A stretch of DNA of 64,000 bases, taken from NCBI RefSeq assembly GCF_009914755.1, contig NC_060933.1; one strand, written 5' to 3'. This document shows positions 31,201 through 46,600 of this stretch, in pieces (positions within the stretch are counted from its first letter, which is position 1; the number at the start of each line of letters is the position of its first letter). The translations under genes were made by a program, and so were the position numbers. The stretch is from the human T2T-CHM13v2.0 reference genome, Homo sapiens. The notes beneath the pieces are model-generated. The model worked only from the letters and a program-made list of their open reading frames with translations, did not search any database and was not told the DNA's origin.

Positions 31201-32696
31201 AAGATTCCATTCCATTGCATTCCATTCCATTCCATTCCCCTGCACTCGCGTTGATTCCATTCCATTCCATTCCACTCCATTCGATTCCATTCCATTCTGT
31301 TCCGTTCCGTTCCATTCCATTCCATTCCATTCCATTCCATTCTATTCGGGTTAATTCCATTCCATTCCATTCGATTGCAATCGAGTTGATTCCGTTCCAT
31401 TCCATTCCATTCCATTCCATTCCATTCCATTCCTTTCCATTACATTACGGATGACTCCATTCCATTCCATTCCATTCCATTCCTTTCCCCTGTACTCGGG
31501 TTGATTCCATTCCATTCCATTCCAATCCATGCCATTCCACTCGTGTTGATTCCATTCTTTCCATTCCATTCAAGATGAATCCATTCCATTGCATTTCATT
31601 CCATTCGATTCCATTCGTTTGCACTCGTGTTGATTCCATGGCATTGCATTCCATTCCATTCCATTCCATTCCATTCCATTCCATTCCATTCCTTTCCTTT
31701 CCATTCCATTCCATTCCATTCGGATTCATTCTATTCAATTCCCTTACACTCCATTACATTACATTCCATTCGGGTTGTTCCATTCCATTCCATTCCATTC
31801 CACTCCATTCCATTGCACTCGGGTTGATTCCATTCCATTCCTTTCCATTCCATTCCCTTCCATTCCGGATGATTCCATTCCATTGCATTCCGTTCCATTC
31901 CATTCCCCTGCACTCGCGTTGATTCCATTCCATTCCATTCCATTCCATTCAATTCCATTCCATTACAATTCGTTCCATTCCATTCTATTCCGTACCATTC
32001 CATTCAATTCCATACCATTCCATTCCATTCCATTCCATTCAGTTCCATTCCGTTCCATTCCATTCCATTCCATTCTATTCGGGTTAATTCCATTCCATTC
32101 CATTCCATTCCATTCCATTCCATTCCATTCTATTCCATTCCATTGCAGTCGAGTTGAATCCATTGCATTTCATTCCATTCCATTCCATTCCATTCCATTC
32201 CGGAAGATTCCATTCCATTGCATTCCATTCCATTCCATTCCATTCCATTCCATTCCATTCCGTTCCATTCCATTACATTCGGATTGATTCTATTCAATTC
32301 CCTTACACTGCATTCCATTCCATTCCATTCGGGTAGTTTCCATTCCATTCCATTCCATTCCTCTCCATTCCATTGCACTCGGGTTGATTCCATTCCATTG
32401 CATTCCATTCCATTCCATTCAATTCCATTCCGTTCCATTCCATTCCATTACATTCGGATTGATTCTATTCAACTCCCTTATGCTCCATTACATTCCATTC
32501 CATTCGGGTTGTTCCATTCCATTCCACTCCATTCCATTGCACTCGGGTTGATTCCGTTCCATTCCATTCCATTCCTTTCCATTCCATTCCGGAAGATTCC
32601 ACTCCATTGCATTTCATTCCATTCCATTCCCCTGCACTCACGTTGATTCCATTCCATTCCACTCCATTCCATTCCATTCCATTCCTTTCGGTTCCA
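25281..32696 (+). repeat. Copy 1 of near-identical 7.4 kb tandem duplication
   Basis: ORF-track entries recur verbatim at +7416 (25576/32992), +7411 (28155/35566) and +7406 (32130/39536); private variants such as TCTATTCGCTGCAC, CCCTAACTCTCAA and CCACGCCC are shared. Confidence 0.95.
31124..31208. promoter_or_regulatory. Pair of perfect HSE motifs 70 bp apart (duplicated at 38535-38619)
   Basis: ATTCCGGAAGATTCC at 31124 and 31194, produced by a local 70 bp duplication. Confidence 0.5.
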
Positions 32697-35600
32697 TTCC
32701 ATTCCATTCCATTCCATTACATTCCATTCCGTTCCGTTCCATTCCATTCCATTCCATTCTATTCGGGTTAATTCCATTCCATTCCATTCGATTGCAATCG
32801 AGTTGATTCCATTCCATTCCATTCCATTCCATTCCATTCCATTCCATTCCTTTCCATTCCATTACTGATGATTCCATTCCATTGCATTCCATTCCATTCC
32901 ATTCCCCTGTACTCGGGTTGATTGCATTCCATTCCATTCCAATCCATGCCATTCCACTCGTGTTGATTCCATTCTTTCCATTCCATTCAAGTTGAATCCA
33001 TTCCATTGCATTCCATTGCATTCGATTCCATTCGATTGCACTCGGGTTGATTCCATTCCATTGCATTCCATTCCATTCCATTCCATTCCATTCCATTCCG
33101 TTCCATTGCATTCCATTACATTCGGATTGATTCTATTCAATTCCCTTACACTCCATTACATTCCATTCCATTCGGGTAGTTTCCATTCCATTCCATTCCA
33201 TTCCTCTCCATTCCATTGCACTCGGGTTGATTCCATTCCATTCCATTCCATTCAATTCCATTCCGTTCCATTCCATTCCATTACATTCGGATTGATTCTA
33301 TTCAACTCCCTTACTCTCCATTACATTCCATTCCATTCGGGTTGTTCCATTCCATTCCATTCCATTCCACTCCATTCCATTGCACTCGGGTGGATTCCAT
33401 TCCATTCCATTCCATTCCATTCCGGAAGATTCCATTCCATTGCATTCCATTCCATTCCATTCCCCTGCACTCGCGTTGATTCCATTCCATTCCATTCTAT
33501 TCCATTCCATTCCTTTCCTTTCCGTTCCATTCCATTCCATTCCATTCCATTCCATTCCGTTCCGTTCCATTCCATTCCATTCCATTCTATTCGGGTTAAT
33601 TCCATTCCATTCCATTCGATTGCAATCGAGTTGATTCCATTCCATTCCATTGCATTTCATTCTATTGCATTCCTTTCCATTCCATTCTGTTCCATTCCAT
33701 TTCATTACATTCAGATTTACTCTATTCAATTCCCTTACACTTCATTATATTCCAATCCATTCTGGTTTTTTCCATTCCATTCCATTCCATTGCATTCCAT
33801 TCCATTCCATTCCGGATTATTCCATTCCATTGCATTCCATTCCATTCTATTCGCTGCACTCGGGTTGATTCCATTCCATTCCATGCCATTACATTCCGTT
33901 CCATTCCATTCCATTCCATTCGGATTGATTCTATTCAATTCCCTTACACTCCATTACATTCCATTCCATTCGGGTAGTTTCCATTCCATTCCATTCCATT
34001 CCTCTCCATTCCATTGCACTCGGGTTGATTCCATTCCATTCCATTCCATTCCATTACATTACCTTCCATTCCATTCCGTTCCATTGTACTCGGGTTGATT
34101 CCATTCCATTGCATTCCATTCCATTGCATTCCATTCCATTCCATTCCATTCCGTTCCATTCCATTCCATTACATTCGGATTGATTCTATTCAACTCCCTT
34201 ACTCTCCATTACATTCCATTCCATTCTGGTTGTTCCATTCCATTCCATTCCATTCCACTCCATTCCTTTGCACTCGGGTTGATTCCATTCCATTCCATTC
34301 CATTCCATTCCATTCCATTCCATTCCATTCCGGATGATTCCATTTCATTGCATTCCGTTCCATTACATTCCCCTGCACTCGTGTTGATTCCATTCCATTC
34401 CATTCCATTCCATTCGATTCCATTCCAATCCAATTCTTTCCATTCCATTCTATTCCGTACCATGCCATTCCATTCCATACAATTCCATTCCTTTCCATTC
34501 CACTCCGTTCCGGTCCGTTCCGTTCCATTCCATTCCATTCCATTCTCTTTGGTTTAATTCCATTCCATTCCATTCCATTCCATTCCATTCTATTCCATTC
34601 CATTGCAATCGAGTTGAATCCATTGCATTCCATTCCATTCCATTCCATTGCGGAAGATTCCATTCCATTGCATTCCATTCCATTCCATTCCATTCCATTC
34701 CATTCCATTCCATTCCATTCCATTGTACTCGGGTTGATTCCATTCCATTGCTTTCCATTCCATTCCATTCCATTCCATTCCATTCCATTCCATTCCGTTC
34801 CGTTGCCTTCCATTCCATTACATTCGGATTGATTCTTTTCAACTCCCTAACTCTCAATTACATTCCATTCCATTCGGGTTGTTCCATTCCACTCCATTCC
34901 ATTCCACTCCATTCCATTGCACTCGGGTTGATTCCATTCCATTCCATTTCATTCCATTCCATTCGATTCCATTCCGGATGATTCCATTCCATTGCATTCC
35001 GTTCCATTACATTCCCCTGCACTCAGGTTGATTCCATTCCATTCCATTCCATTCCATTCCATTCCATTCCATTCCATTCCATTCCATTCCATTCCCCTGC
35101 ACTCGCGTTGATTCCATTCCATTCCATTCCATTCCATTCCATTCCATTCCATTCCATTCCTTTCCATTCCAGTCCTTTCCATTCCATTCCATTCGGTTGA
35201 TTCCATTCTATTAGTTTCCATTCCATTCCATTCCCTTCCATTCTACTCTGGTTGATTCCATTCCTTTCCATTCCACTCGAATACATTCCCTGCTATTCCA
35301 CTCGGAAAGATTCCATTCCATTCCATTCCATTCCATTCCATTCCATTCCATTCCATTCCATTTCGTTCCATTCCATTCTATTCCGTATCATTCCATTCCA
35401 TTCCTTGCCATTCCATTCCATTCCATTCCATTCCATTCCACTCGTGTTGATTCCATTCCTTTCCATTCCATTCGGTTTGAAGGTATTCCAATCCATTCCA
35501 TTCCATTCCATTCCATTCCATTCCATTCCATTCCATTCCATTGTACTTGGGTTGATTCCATTCCATTGCATTCCATTCCATTCCATTCCATTACATTCCG

Positions 35601-38600
35601 TTGCATTCCATTCCATTACATTCGGATTGATTCTATTCAACTCCCTTACTCTCCATTTCATTCCATTCCATTCGGGTTGTTCCATTCCAATCCATTCCAT
35701 TCCACTCCATTCCGTTGCACTCGGGTTGATTCCATTCCATTCCATTCCATTCCATTCCATTCCATTCCATTCCGGATGATTCCATTCCATTGCATTCCGT
35801 TCCATTACATTCCCCTGCACTCGCGTTGATTCCATTCCATTCCATTCCATTCCTTTCAATTCCATTACATTACAATTCGTTCCATTCCATTCTATTCCGT
35901 ACCATTCCATTCTATTCCATACCATTCCATTCCATTCCATTCCATTCCATTCCGTTCCATTCCGTTCCACTCCATTCCATTCCATTCGGATTAATTCCAT
36001 TCCATTCCATTCCATTCCATTCTATTCCATTCCATTGCAATCGAGTTGAATCCATTGCATTTCATTCCATTCCATTCCATTCCATTCCATTCCGGAAGAT
36101 TCTATTCCATTGCATTCCATTCCATTCCATTCCCCTGCACTCGCGTTGATTCCATTCCATTCCATTCCATTCCATTCCATTCCATTCTGTTCCGTTCCAT
36201 TCCATTCCATTCCATTCCATTCCGTTCCGTTCCGTTCCATTCCATTCCATTCCATTACATTCCATTACGTTCCGTTCCATTCCATTCCATTCCATTCTAT
36301 TCGGGTTAATCCCATTCCATTCCATTCGATTGCAATCGAGTTGATTCCATTCCATTCCATTCCATTTCATTCCATTCCATTCCATTCCTTTCCATTCCAT
36401 TACGGATGATTCCATTCAATTGCATTCCATTCCATTCCATTCCCCTGTACTCGGGTTGATTCCATTCCATTCCATTCCAATCCACGCCCTTCCACTCGTG
36501 TTGATTCCATTCTTTCCATTCCATTCAAGTTGAATCCATTCCATTGCATTCCATTCCATTCAATTCCATTCAATTGCACTCGGGTTGATTCCATTCCATT
36601 GCATTCCATTCCATTCCATTCCATTCCATTCAATTCCATTCCGTTCCATTCCATTCCAGTACATTCGGATTGATTCTATTCAATTCCCTTACACTCCATT
36701 ACATTCCATTCCATTCGGGTAGTTTCCATTCCATTCCATTCCATTCCTCTCCATTCCATTGCACTCGGGTTGATTCCATTCCATTGCATTCCATTCCATT
36801 CCATTCAATTCCATTCCGTTCCATTCCATTCCATTACATTCGGATTGATTCTATTCAACTCCCTTACTCTCCATTACATTCCATTCCATTCGGGTTGTTC
36901 CATTCCATTCCATTCCATTCCACTCCATTCCATTGCACTCGGGTTGATTCCATTCCATTCCATTCCATTCCATTCCGGATGATTCCATTCCATTGCATTC
37001 CATTCCATTCCATTCCCCTGCACTCGCGTTGATTCCATTCCATTCCATTCTATTCCATTCCATTCCCTTCCTTTCCGTTCCATTCCATTCCATTCCATTC
37101 CATTCAATTTCATTCCGTTCCGTTCCGTTCCATTCCATTCCATTCCATTCTATTCGGGTTAATTCCATTCCATTCCATTCGATTGCCATCGAGTTGATTC
37201 CATTCCATTCCATTCCATTCTATTCCATTCCATTCCATTCCATTCCTTTCCATTCCATTACGGATGATTCCATTCCATTGCATTCCATTCCATTCCATTC
37301 CCCTGTACTCGGGTTGATTCCATTCCATTCCATTCCAATCCATGCCATTCCACTCGTGTTGATTCCATTCTTTCCATTCCATTCAAGTTGAATCCATTCC
37401 ATTGCATTCCATTCCATTCGATTCCATTCGATTGCACTCGGGTTGATTCCATTCCATTGCATTCCATTCCATTCCATTCCATTCCATTCCATTCCTTTCC
37501 ATTCCATTTCATTACATTCAGATTGATTCTATTCAATTCCCTTACACTCCATTATATTCCAATCCATTCTGGTTGTTTCCATTCCATTCCATTCCATTTC
37601 ACTCCATTCCATTGCACTCAGGTTGATTCCATTCCATTCCATTCCATTGCATTCCATTCCATTGCATTCCGGATGATTCCATTCCATTGCATTCCATTCC
37701 ATTCCATTCCCCTGCACTCGGGTTGATTCCATTCCATTCCATTACATTACATTCCGTTCCATTGCATTCCATTCCATTCGGATTGATTCTATTCAATTCC
37801 CTTACACTCCATTACATTCCATTCCATTCGGGTAGTTTCCATTCCATTCCATTCCATTCCTCTCCATTCCATTGCACTCGGGTTGATTCCATTCCATTCC
37901 ATTCCATTACATTCCATTCCATTCCATTCCGTTCCATTGTACTCGGGTTGATTCCATTCCATTTCATTCCATTCCATTCCATTCCATTCCATTCCATTCC
38001 ATTCCATTCCGTTCCATTCCATTACATTCGGATTGATTCTATTCAACTCCCTTACTCTCCATTACATTCCATTCCATTCGGGTTGTTCCATTCCATTCCA
38101 TTCCGTTCCACTCCATTCCATTGCACTCGGGTTGATTCCATTCCATTCCATTCCATTCCATTCCATTCCATTCCATTCCGGATGATTCCATTCCATTGCA
38201 TTCCGTTCCATTACATTCCCCTGCACTCGGGTTAATTCCATTCCGTTCCATTCCATTCCATTCGACTCCATTCCATTCCAATTCTTTCCATTCCATTCTA
38301 TTCCGTACCATGCCATTCCATTCCATACAATTCCATTCCATTCCATTCCACTCCGTTCCGTTCCGTTCCGTTCCGTTGCATTCCATTCCATTCCATTCCA
38401 TTCTATTCGGTTTAATTCCATTCCATTCCATTCCATTCCATTCCATTCTATTCCATTCCATTGCAATCGAGTTGAATACATTGCATTCCATTCCATTCCA
38501 TTCCATTCCATTCCATTCCATTCCATTCCGTTCCATTCCGGAAGATTCCATTCCATTGCATTCCATTCCATTCCATTCCATTCCATTCCATTCCATTCCA

Positions 38601-40102
38601 TTCCATTCCGGAAGATTCCATTCCATTGCATTCCATTCCATTCCATTCCCCTGCACTCGCGTTGATTCCATTCCATTCCATTCCACTCCATTCGATTCCA
38701 TTCCATTCTGTTCCGTTCCGTTCCATTCCATTCCATTCCATTCCATTCCATTCTATTCGGGTTAATTCCATTCCATTCCATTCGATTGCAATCGAGTTGA
38801 TTCCGTTCCATTCCATTCCATTCCATTCCATTCCATTCCATTCCTTTCCATTACATTACGGATGACTCCATTCCATTCCATTCCATTCCATTCCTTTCCC
38901 CTGTACTCGGGTTGATTCCATTCCATTCCATTCCAATCCATGCCATTCCACTCGTGTTGATTCCATTCTTTCCATTCCATTCAAGATGAATCCATTCCAT
39001 TGCATTTCATTCCATTCGATTCCATTCGTTTGCACTCGTGTTGATTCCATGGCATTGCATTCCATTCCATTCCATTCCATTCCATTCCATTCCATTCCAT
39101 TCCTTTCCTTTCCATTCCATTCCATTCCATTCGGATTCATTCTATTCAATTCCCTTACACTCCATTACATTACATTCCATTCGGGTTGTTCCATTCCATT
39201 CCATTCCATTCCACTCCATTCCATTGCACTCGGGTTGATTCCATTCCATTCCTTTCCATTCCATTCCCTTCCATTCCGGATGATTCCATTCCATTGCATT
39301 CCGTTCCATTCCATTCCCCTGCACTCGCGTTGATTCCATTCCATTCCATTCCATTCCATTCAATTCCATTCCATTACAATTCGTTCCATTCCATTCTATT
39401 CCGTACCATTCCATTCAATTCCATACCATTCCATTCCATTCCATTCCATTCAGTTCCATTCCGTTCCATTCCATTCCATTCCATTCTATTCGGGTTAATT
39501 CCATTCCATTCCATTCCATTCCATTCCATTCCATTCTATTCCATTCCATTGCAGTCGAGTTGAATCCATTGCATTTCATTCCATTCCATTCCATTCCATT
39601 CCATTCCGGAAGATTCCATTCCATTGCATTCCATTCCATTCCATTCCATTCCATTCCATTCCATTCCGTTCCATTCCATTACATTCGGATTGATTCTATT
39701 CAATTCCCTTACACTGCATTCCATTCCATTCCATTCGGGTAGTTTCCATTCCATTCCATTCCATTCCTCTCCATTCCATTGCACTCGGGTTGATTCCATT
39801 CCATTGCATTCCATTCCATTCCATTCAATTCCATTCCGTTCCATTCCATTCCATTACATTCGGATTGATTCTATTCAACTCCCTTATGCTCCATTACATT
39901 CCATTCCATTCGGGTTGTTCCATTCCATTCCACTCCATTCCATTGCACTCGGGTTGATTCCGTTCCATTCCATTCCATTCCTTTCCATTCCATTCCGGAA
40001 GATTCCACTCCATTGCATTTCATTCCATTCCATTCCCCTGCACTCACGTTGATTCCATTCCATTCCACTCCATTCCATTCCATTCCATTCCTTTCGGTTC
40101 CA
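32697..40102 (+). repeat. Copy 2 of near-identical 7.4 kb tandem duplication
   Basis: Matches copy 1 apart from two pentamer-length indels and at least two substitutions; similarity ends after CTTTCGGTTCC (32685/40091). Confidence 0.95.
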
Positions 40103-40669
40103 TTCCATTCCATTCCATTCCATTCCATTCCATTCCGTTCCGTTCCATTCCATTCCATTCCATTCTATTCGGGTTAATTCCATTCCATTCCATTCGATTG
40201 CAATCGAGTTGATTCCATTCCATTCCATTCCATTCCATTCCATTCCATTCCATTCCATTCCTTTCTATTCCATTACGGATGATTCCATTCCATTGCATTC
40301 CATTCCATTCCATTCCCCTGTACTCGGGTTGATTCCATTCCCTTCTATTCCAATCCATGCCATTCCACTCGTGTTGATTCCATTCTTTCCATTCCATTCA
40401 AGTTGAATCTATTCCATTGCATTCCATTCCATTCCATTCCCCTGAAGTCGGGTTGATTCCATTCCATTCCATTCCATTCCATTCCATTCCATTCCATTCA
40501 ATTCCGTTCCGTTCCATTCCATTCCATTCCATTCTATTCGGGTTAATTCCATTCCATTCTATTCCATTCCATTCCATTCCAATCCATTCAGTTCCATTCC
40601 ATTCCATTCCATTCCATTCCATTCCATTCCATTCCATTCCATTCCATTGTACTCGGGTTGATTCCATTC

Positions 40670-43600
40670 CATTCCATTCCATTCTATTCCATTCCATTCC
40701 CTTCCTTTCCGTTCCATTCCATTCCATTCCATTCCATTCCATTCCATTCCATTCTGTTCCGTTCCGTTCCATTCCATTCCATTCCATTCCATTCTATTCG
40801 GGTTAATTCCATTCCATTCCATTCGATTGCAATCGAGTTGATTCCATTCCATTCCATTACATTCCATTCCATTCCATTCCATTCCATTCCTTTCCATTCC
40901 TTTACGGATGATTCCATTCCATTGCATTCCATTCCATTCCATTTTCCTGTACTCGGGTTGATTCCATTCCATTCCATTCCAATCCATGCCCTTCCACTCG
41001 TGTTGATTCCATTATTTCCATTCCATTCTAGTTGAATCCATTCCATTGCATTCCATTCCATTCGATTCCATTCGATTGCACTCGGGTTGATTCCATTCCA
41101 TTGCATTCCATTCCATTCCATTCCATTCCATTCCATTCCATTCCATTCCATTCCATTCCTTTCCGTTCCATTCCATTCCATTCCATTCCATTCCATTCCA
41201 TTCCATTCCGTTCCGTTCCGTTCCGTTCCATTCCATTCCATTCCATTCTATTCGGGTTAATTCCATTCCATTCAATTCGATTGCAATCGAGTTGATTCCA
41301 TTCCATTCCATTCCATTCCATTCCATTCCATTCCATTCCTTTCCATTCCATTACGGATGATTCCATTCCATTGCATTACATTCCATTCCATTCCCCTGTA
41401 CTCGGGTTGATTCCATTCCATTCCATTCCATTCCATTCCATTCCGGATGATTCTATTCCATTGCATTCCGTTCCATTACATTCCCCTGCACTCGCGTTGA
41501 TTCCATTCCATTCCATTCCATTCCATTCAATTCCATTCCATTACAATTCGTTCCATTCCATTCTATTCTGTACCATTCCATTCCATTGCATTCCATTCCA
41601 TTCCATTCCATTCCATTCCGTTCCATTCCATTCCATTCCATTCCATTCCATTCTATTCGGATTAATTCCATTCCATTCCATTCCATTCCATTCCATTCCA
41701 TTCTATTCCATTCCATTGCAATCGAGTTGAATCCATTGCATTTCATTCCATTCCATTCCATTCCATTCCATTCCGGAAGATTCCATTCCATTGCATTCCA
41801 TTCCATTCCATTCCCCTGCGTTCGCGGTGATTCCATTCCATTCCATTCAATTCCATTCCGTTCCATTCCATTCCATTATATTCGGATTGATTCTACTCAA
41901 CTCCCTTACTCTCCATTATATTCCATTCCATTCGGGTTGTTCCATTCCATTCCATTCCATTCCACTCCATTCCATTGCACTCGGGTTTGTTCCATTCCAT
42001 TCCATTCCATTCCATTCCATTCCATTCCATTCCGGAAGATTCCATTCCATTGCATTCCATTCCATTCCATTCCCCTGCACTCGCGTTGATTCCATTCCAT
42101 TCCATTCCATTCCATTCCATTCCATTCCTTTCCGTTCCATTCCATTCCATTCCATTCCATTCCATTCCATTCCGTTCCGTTCCGTTCCATTCCATTCCAT
42201 TCCATTCTATTCGGGTTAATTCCATTCCATTCCATTCGATTGCAATCGAGTTGATTCCATTCCATTCCATTCCATTCCATTCCATTCCATTCCATTCCTT
42301 TCCATTCCATTACGGATGATTCCATTCCATTGCATTCCATTCCATTCCATTCCCCTGTACTCGGGTTGATTCCATTCCATTCCATTCCATTCCATTCCAT
42401 TCCGGATGATTCCATTCCATTGCATTCCGTTCCATTACATTCCCCTGCACTCGCGTTGATTCCATTCCATTCCATTCCATTCCATTCAATTCCATTCCAT
42501 TAAAATTCGTTCCATTCCATTCTATTCCGTACCATTCCATTCCATTGCATACCATTCCATTCCATTCCATTCCTTTCCGTTCCATTCCGTTCCATTCCAT
42601 TCCATTCCATTCTATTCGGATTAATTCCTATCCATTCCATTCCATTCCATTCTATTCCATTCCATTGCAATCGAGTTGAATCCATTGCATTTCATTCCAT
42701 TCCATTCCATTCCATTCCATTCCATTCCATTCCGGAAGATTCCATTCCATTGCAATCCATTCCATTGCATTCCCCTGCGTTCGCGTTGATTCCATTCCAT
42801 TCCATTCCATTCCATTCCATTCCGTTCCGTTCCATTCCATTCCATTCCATTCCATTCCGTTCCGTTCCATTCCATTCCATTCCATTCTATTCGGGTTAAT
42901 TCCATTCCATTCCATTCGATTGCAATCGAGTTGATCCCATTCCATTCCATTCCATTCCATTCCATTCCATTCCATTCCATTCCTTTCCATTCCATTACGG
43001 ATGATTCCATTCCATTGCATTCCATTCCATTCCATTCCCCTGTACTCGGGTTGATTCCATTCCATTCCATTCCAATCCATGCCCTTCCACTCGTGTTGAT
43101 TCCATTATTTCCATTCCATTCTAGTTGAATCCATTCCATTGCATTCCATTCCATTCGATTCCATTCGATTGCACTCGGGTTGATTCCATTCCATTGCATT
43201 CCATTCCATTCCATTCCATTCCATTCCATTCCATTCCATTCCATTCCATTCCATTCCTTTCCTTTCCATTCCATTCCATTCCATTCCATTCCATTCCATT
43301 CCGTTCCGTTCCGTTCCATTCCATTCCATTCCATTCTATTCGGGTTAATTGCATTCCATTCCATTCGATTGCAATCGAGTTGATTCCATTCCATTCCATT
43401 CCATTCCATTCCATTCCATTCCTTTCCATTCCATTACGGATGATTCCATTCCATTGCATTACATTCCATTCCATTCCCCTGTACTCGGGTTGATTCCATT
43501 CCATTCCATTCCAATCCATGCCATTCCACTCGTGTTGATTCCATTCTTTCCATTCCATTCAAGTTGATTCCATTCCATTGCATTCCATTCCATTCGATTC

Positions 43601-46600
43601 CATTCGATTGCACTCGGGTTGATTCCATTCCATTGCATTCCATTCCATTCCATTCGATTCCATTCCATTCCATTCCGTTCCATTCCATTCCATTACATTC
43701 GGATTGATTCTATTCAATTCCCTTACACTCCATTACATTACATTCCATTCGGGTAGTTTCCATTCCATTCCATTCCATTCCTCTCCATTCCATTGCACTC
43801 GGGTTGATTCCATTCCATTGCATTCCATTCCATTCCATTCAAATCCATTCCGTTCCATTCCATTCCATTACATTCGGATTGATTCTATTCAACTCCCTTA
43901 CTCTCCATTACATTCCATTCCATTCGGGTTGTTCCATTCCATTCCATTCCATTCCACTCCATTCCATTGGACTCGGGTTGATTCCATTCCATTCCATTCC
44001 ATTCCATTCCATTCCATTCCGGAAGATTCCATTCCATTGCATTCCATTCCATTCCATTCCCCTGCACTCGCGTTGATTCTATTCTATTCCATTCTATTCC
44101 ATTCCATTCCCTTCCTTTCCGTTCCATTCCATTCCATTCCATTCCATTCCATTCCATTCCATTCTGTTCCGTTCCGTTCCATTCCATTCCATTCCATTCC
44201 ATTCTATTCGGGTTAATTCCATTCCATTCCATTCGATTGCAATCGAGTTGATTCCATTCCATTCCATTCCATTCCATTCCATTCCATTCCATTCCTTTCC
44301 ATTCCTTTACGGATGATTCCATTCCATTGCATTCCATTCCATTCCATTCCCCTGTACTCGGGTTGATTCCATTCCATTCCATTCCAATCCATGCCCTTCC
44401 ACTCGTGTTGATTCCATTATTTCCATTCCATTCTAGTTGAATCCATTCCATTGCATTCCATTCCATTCGATTCCATTCGATTGCACTCGGGTTGATTCCA
44501 TTCCATTGCATTCCATTCCATTCCATTCCATTCCATTCCATTCCATTCCATTCCATTCCTTTCCGTTCCATTCCATTCCATTCCATTCCATTCCATTCCA
44601 TTCCGTTCCGTTCCGTTCCATTCCATTCCATTCCATTCTATTCGGGTTAATTCCATTCCATTCCATTCGATTGCAATCGAGTTGATTCCATTCCATTCCA
44701 TTCCATTCCATTCCATTCCATTCCATTCCATGCCTTTCCATTCCATTACGGATGATTCCATTCCATTGCATTACATTCCATTCCATTCCCCTGTACTCGG
44801 GTTGATTCCATTCCATTCCATTTCATTCCATTCCGGATGATTCCATTCCATTGCATTCCGTTCCATTACATTCCCCTGCACTCGCGTTGATTCCATTCCA
44901 TTCCATTCCATTCCATTCAATTCCATTCCATTACAATTCGTTCCATTCCATTCTATTCCGTACCATTCCATTCCATTGCATACCATTCCATTCCATTCCA
45001 TTCCATTCCGTTCCATTCCGTTCCATTCCATTCCATTCCATTCTATTCGGATTAATTCCATTCCATTCCATTCCATTCCATTCTATTCCATTCCATTGCA
45101 ATCGGGTTGAATCCATTGCATTTCATTCCATTCCATTCCATTCCATTCCATTCCGGAAGATTCCATTCCATTGCATTCCATTCCATTCCATTCCCCTGCG
45201 TTCGCGTTGATTCCATTTCATTCCATTCAATTCCATTCCGTTCCATTCCATTCCATTATATTCGGATTGATTCTACTCAACTCCCTTACTCTCCATTATA
45301 TTCCATTCCATTCGGGTTGTTCCATTCCATTCCATTCCATTCCACTCCATTCCATTGCACTCGGGTTTGTTCCATTCCATTCCATTCCATTCCATTCCAT
45401 TCCATTCCGAAAGATTCCATTCCATTGCATTCCATTCCATTCCATTCCCCTGCACTCGCGTTGATTCCATTCCATTCCATTCCATTCCATTCCTTTCCGT
45501 TCCATTCCATTCCATTCCATTCCATTCCATTCCATTCCGTTCCGTTCCATTCCATTCCATTCCATTCCATTCTATTCGGGTTAATTCCATTCCATTCCAT
45601 TCCATTGCAATCGAGTTGATTCCATTCCATTCCATTCCATTCCATTCCATTCCATTCCATTCCTTTCCATTCCATTACGGATGATTCCATTCCATTGCAT
45701 TACATTCCATTCCATTCCCCTGTACTCGGGTTGATTCCATTCCATTCCATTCCATTCCATTCCATTCCGGATGATTCCATTCCATTGCATTCCGTTCCAT
45801 TACATTCCCCTGCACTCGCGTTGATTCCATTCCATTCCATTCCATTCCATTCAATTCCATTCCATTACAATTCGTTCCATTCCATTCTATTCCGTACCAT
45901 TCCATTCCATTGCATACCATTCCATTCCATTCCATTCCATTCCGTTCCATTCCGTTCCATTCCATTCCATTCCATTCTATTCGGATTAATTCCATTCCAT
46001 TCCATTCCATTCCATTCTATTCCATTCCATTGCAATCGAGTTGAATCCATTGCATTTCATTCCATTCCATTCCATTCCATTCCATTCCGGAAGATTCCAT
46101 TCCATTGCAATCCATTCCATTCCATTCCCCTGCGTTCGCGTTGATTCCATTCCATTCCATTCCATTCCATTCCGTTCCGTTCCGTTCCATTCCATTCCAT
46201 TCCATTCCATTCCGTTCCGTTCCATTCCATTCCATTCCATTCTATTCGGGTTAATTCCATTCCATTCCATTCGATTGCAATCGAGTTGATCCCATTCCAT
46301 TCCATTCCATTCCATTCCATTCCATTCCTTTCCATTCCATTACGGATGATTCCATTCCATTGCATTCCATTCCATTCCATTCCCCTGTACTCGGGTTGAT
46401 TCCATTCCATTCCATTCCAATCCATGCCCTTCCACTCGTGTTGATTCCATTATTTCCATTCCATTCTAGTTGAATCCATTCCATTGCATTCCATTCCATT
46501 CGATTCCATTCGATTGCACTCGGGTTGATTCCATTCCATTGCATTCCATTCCATTCCATTCCATTCCATTCCTTTCCATTCCATTCCATTCCATTCCTTT

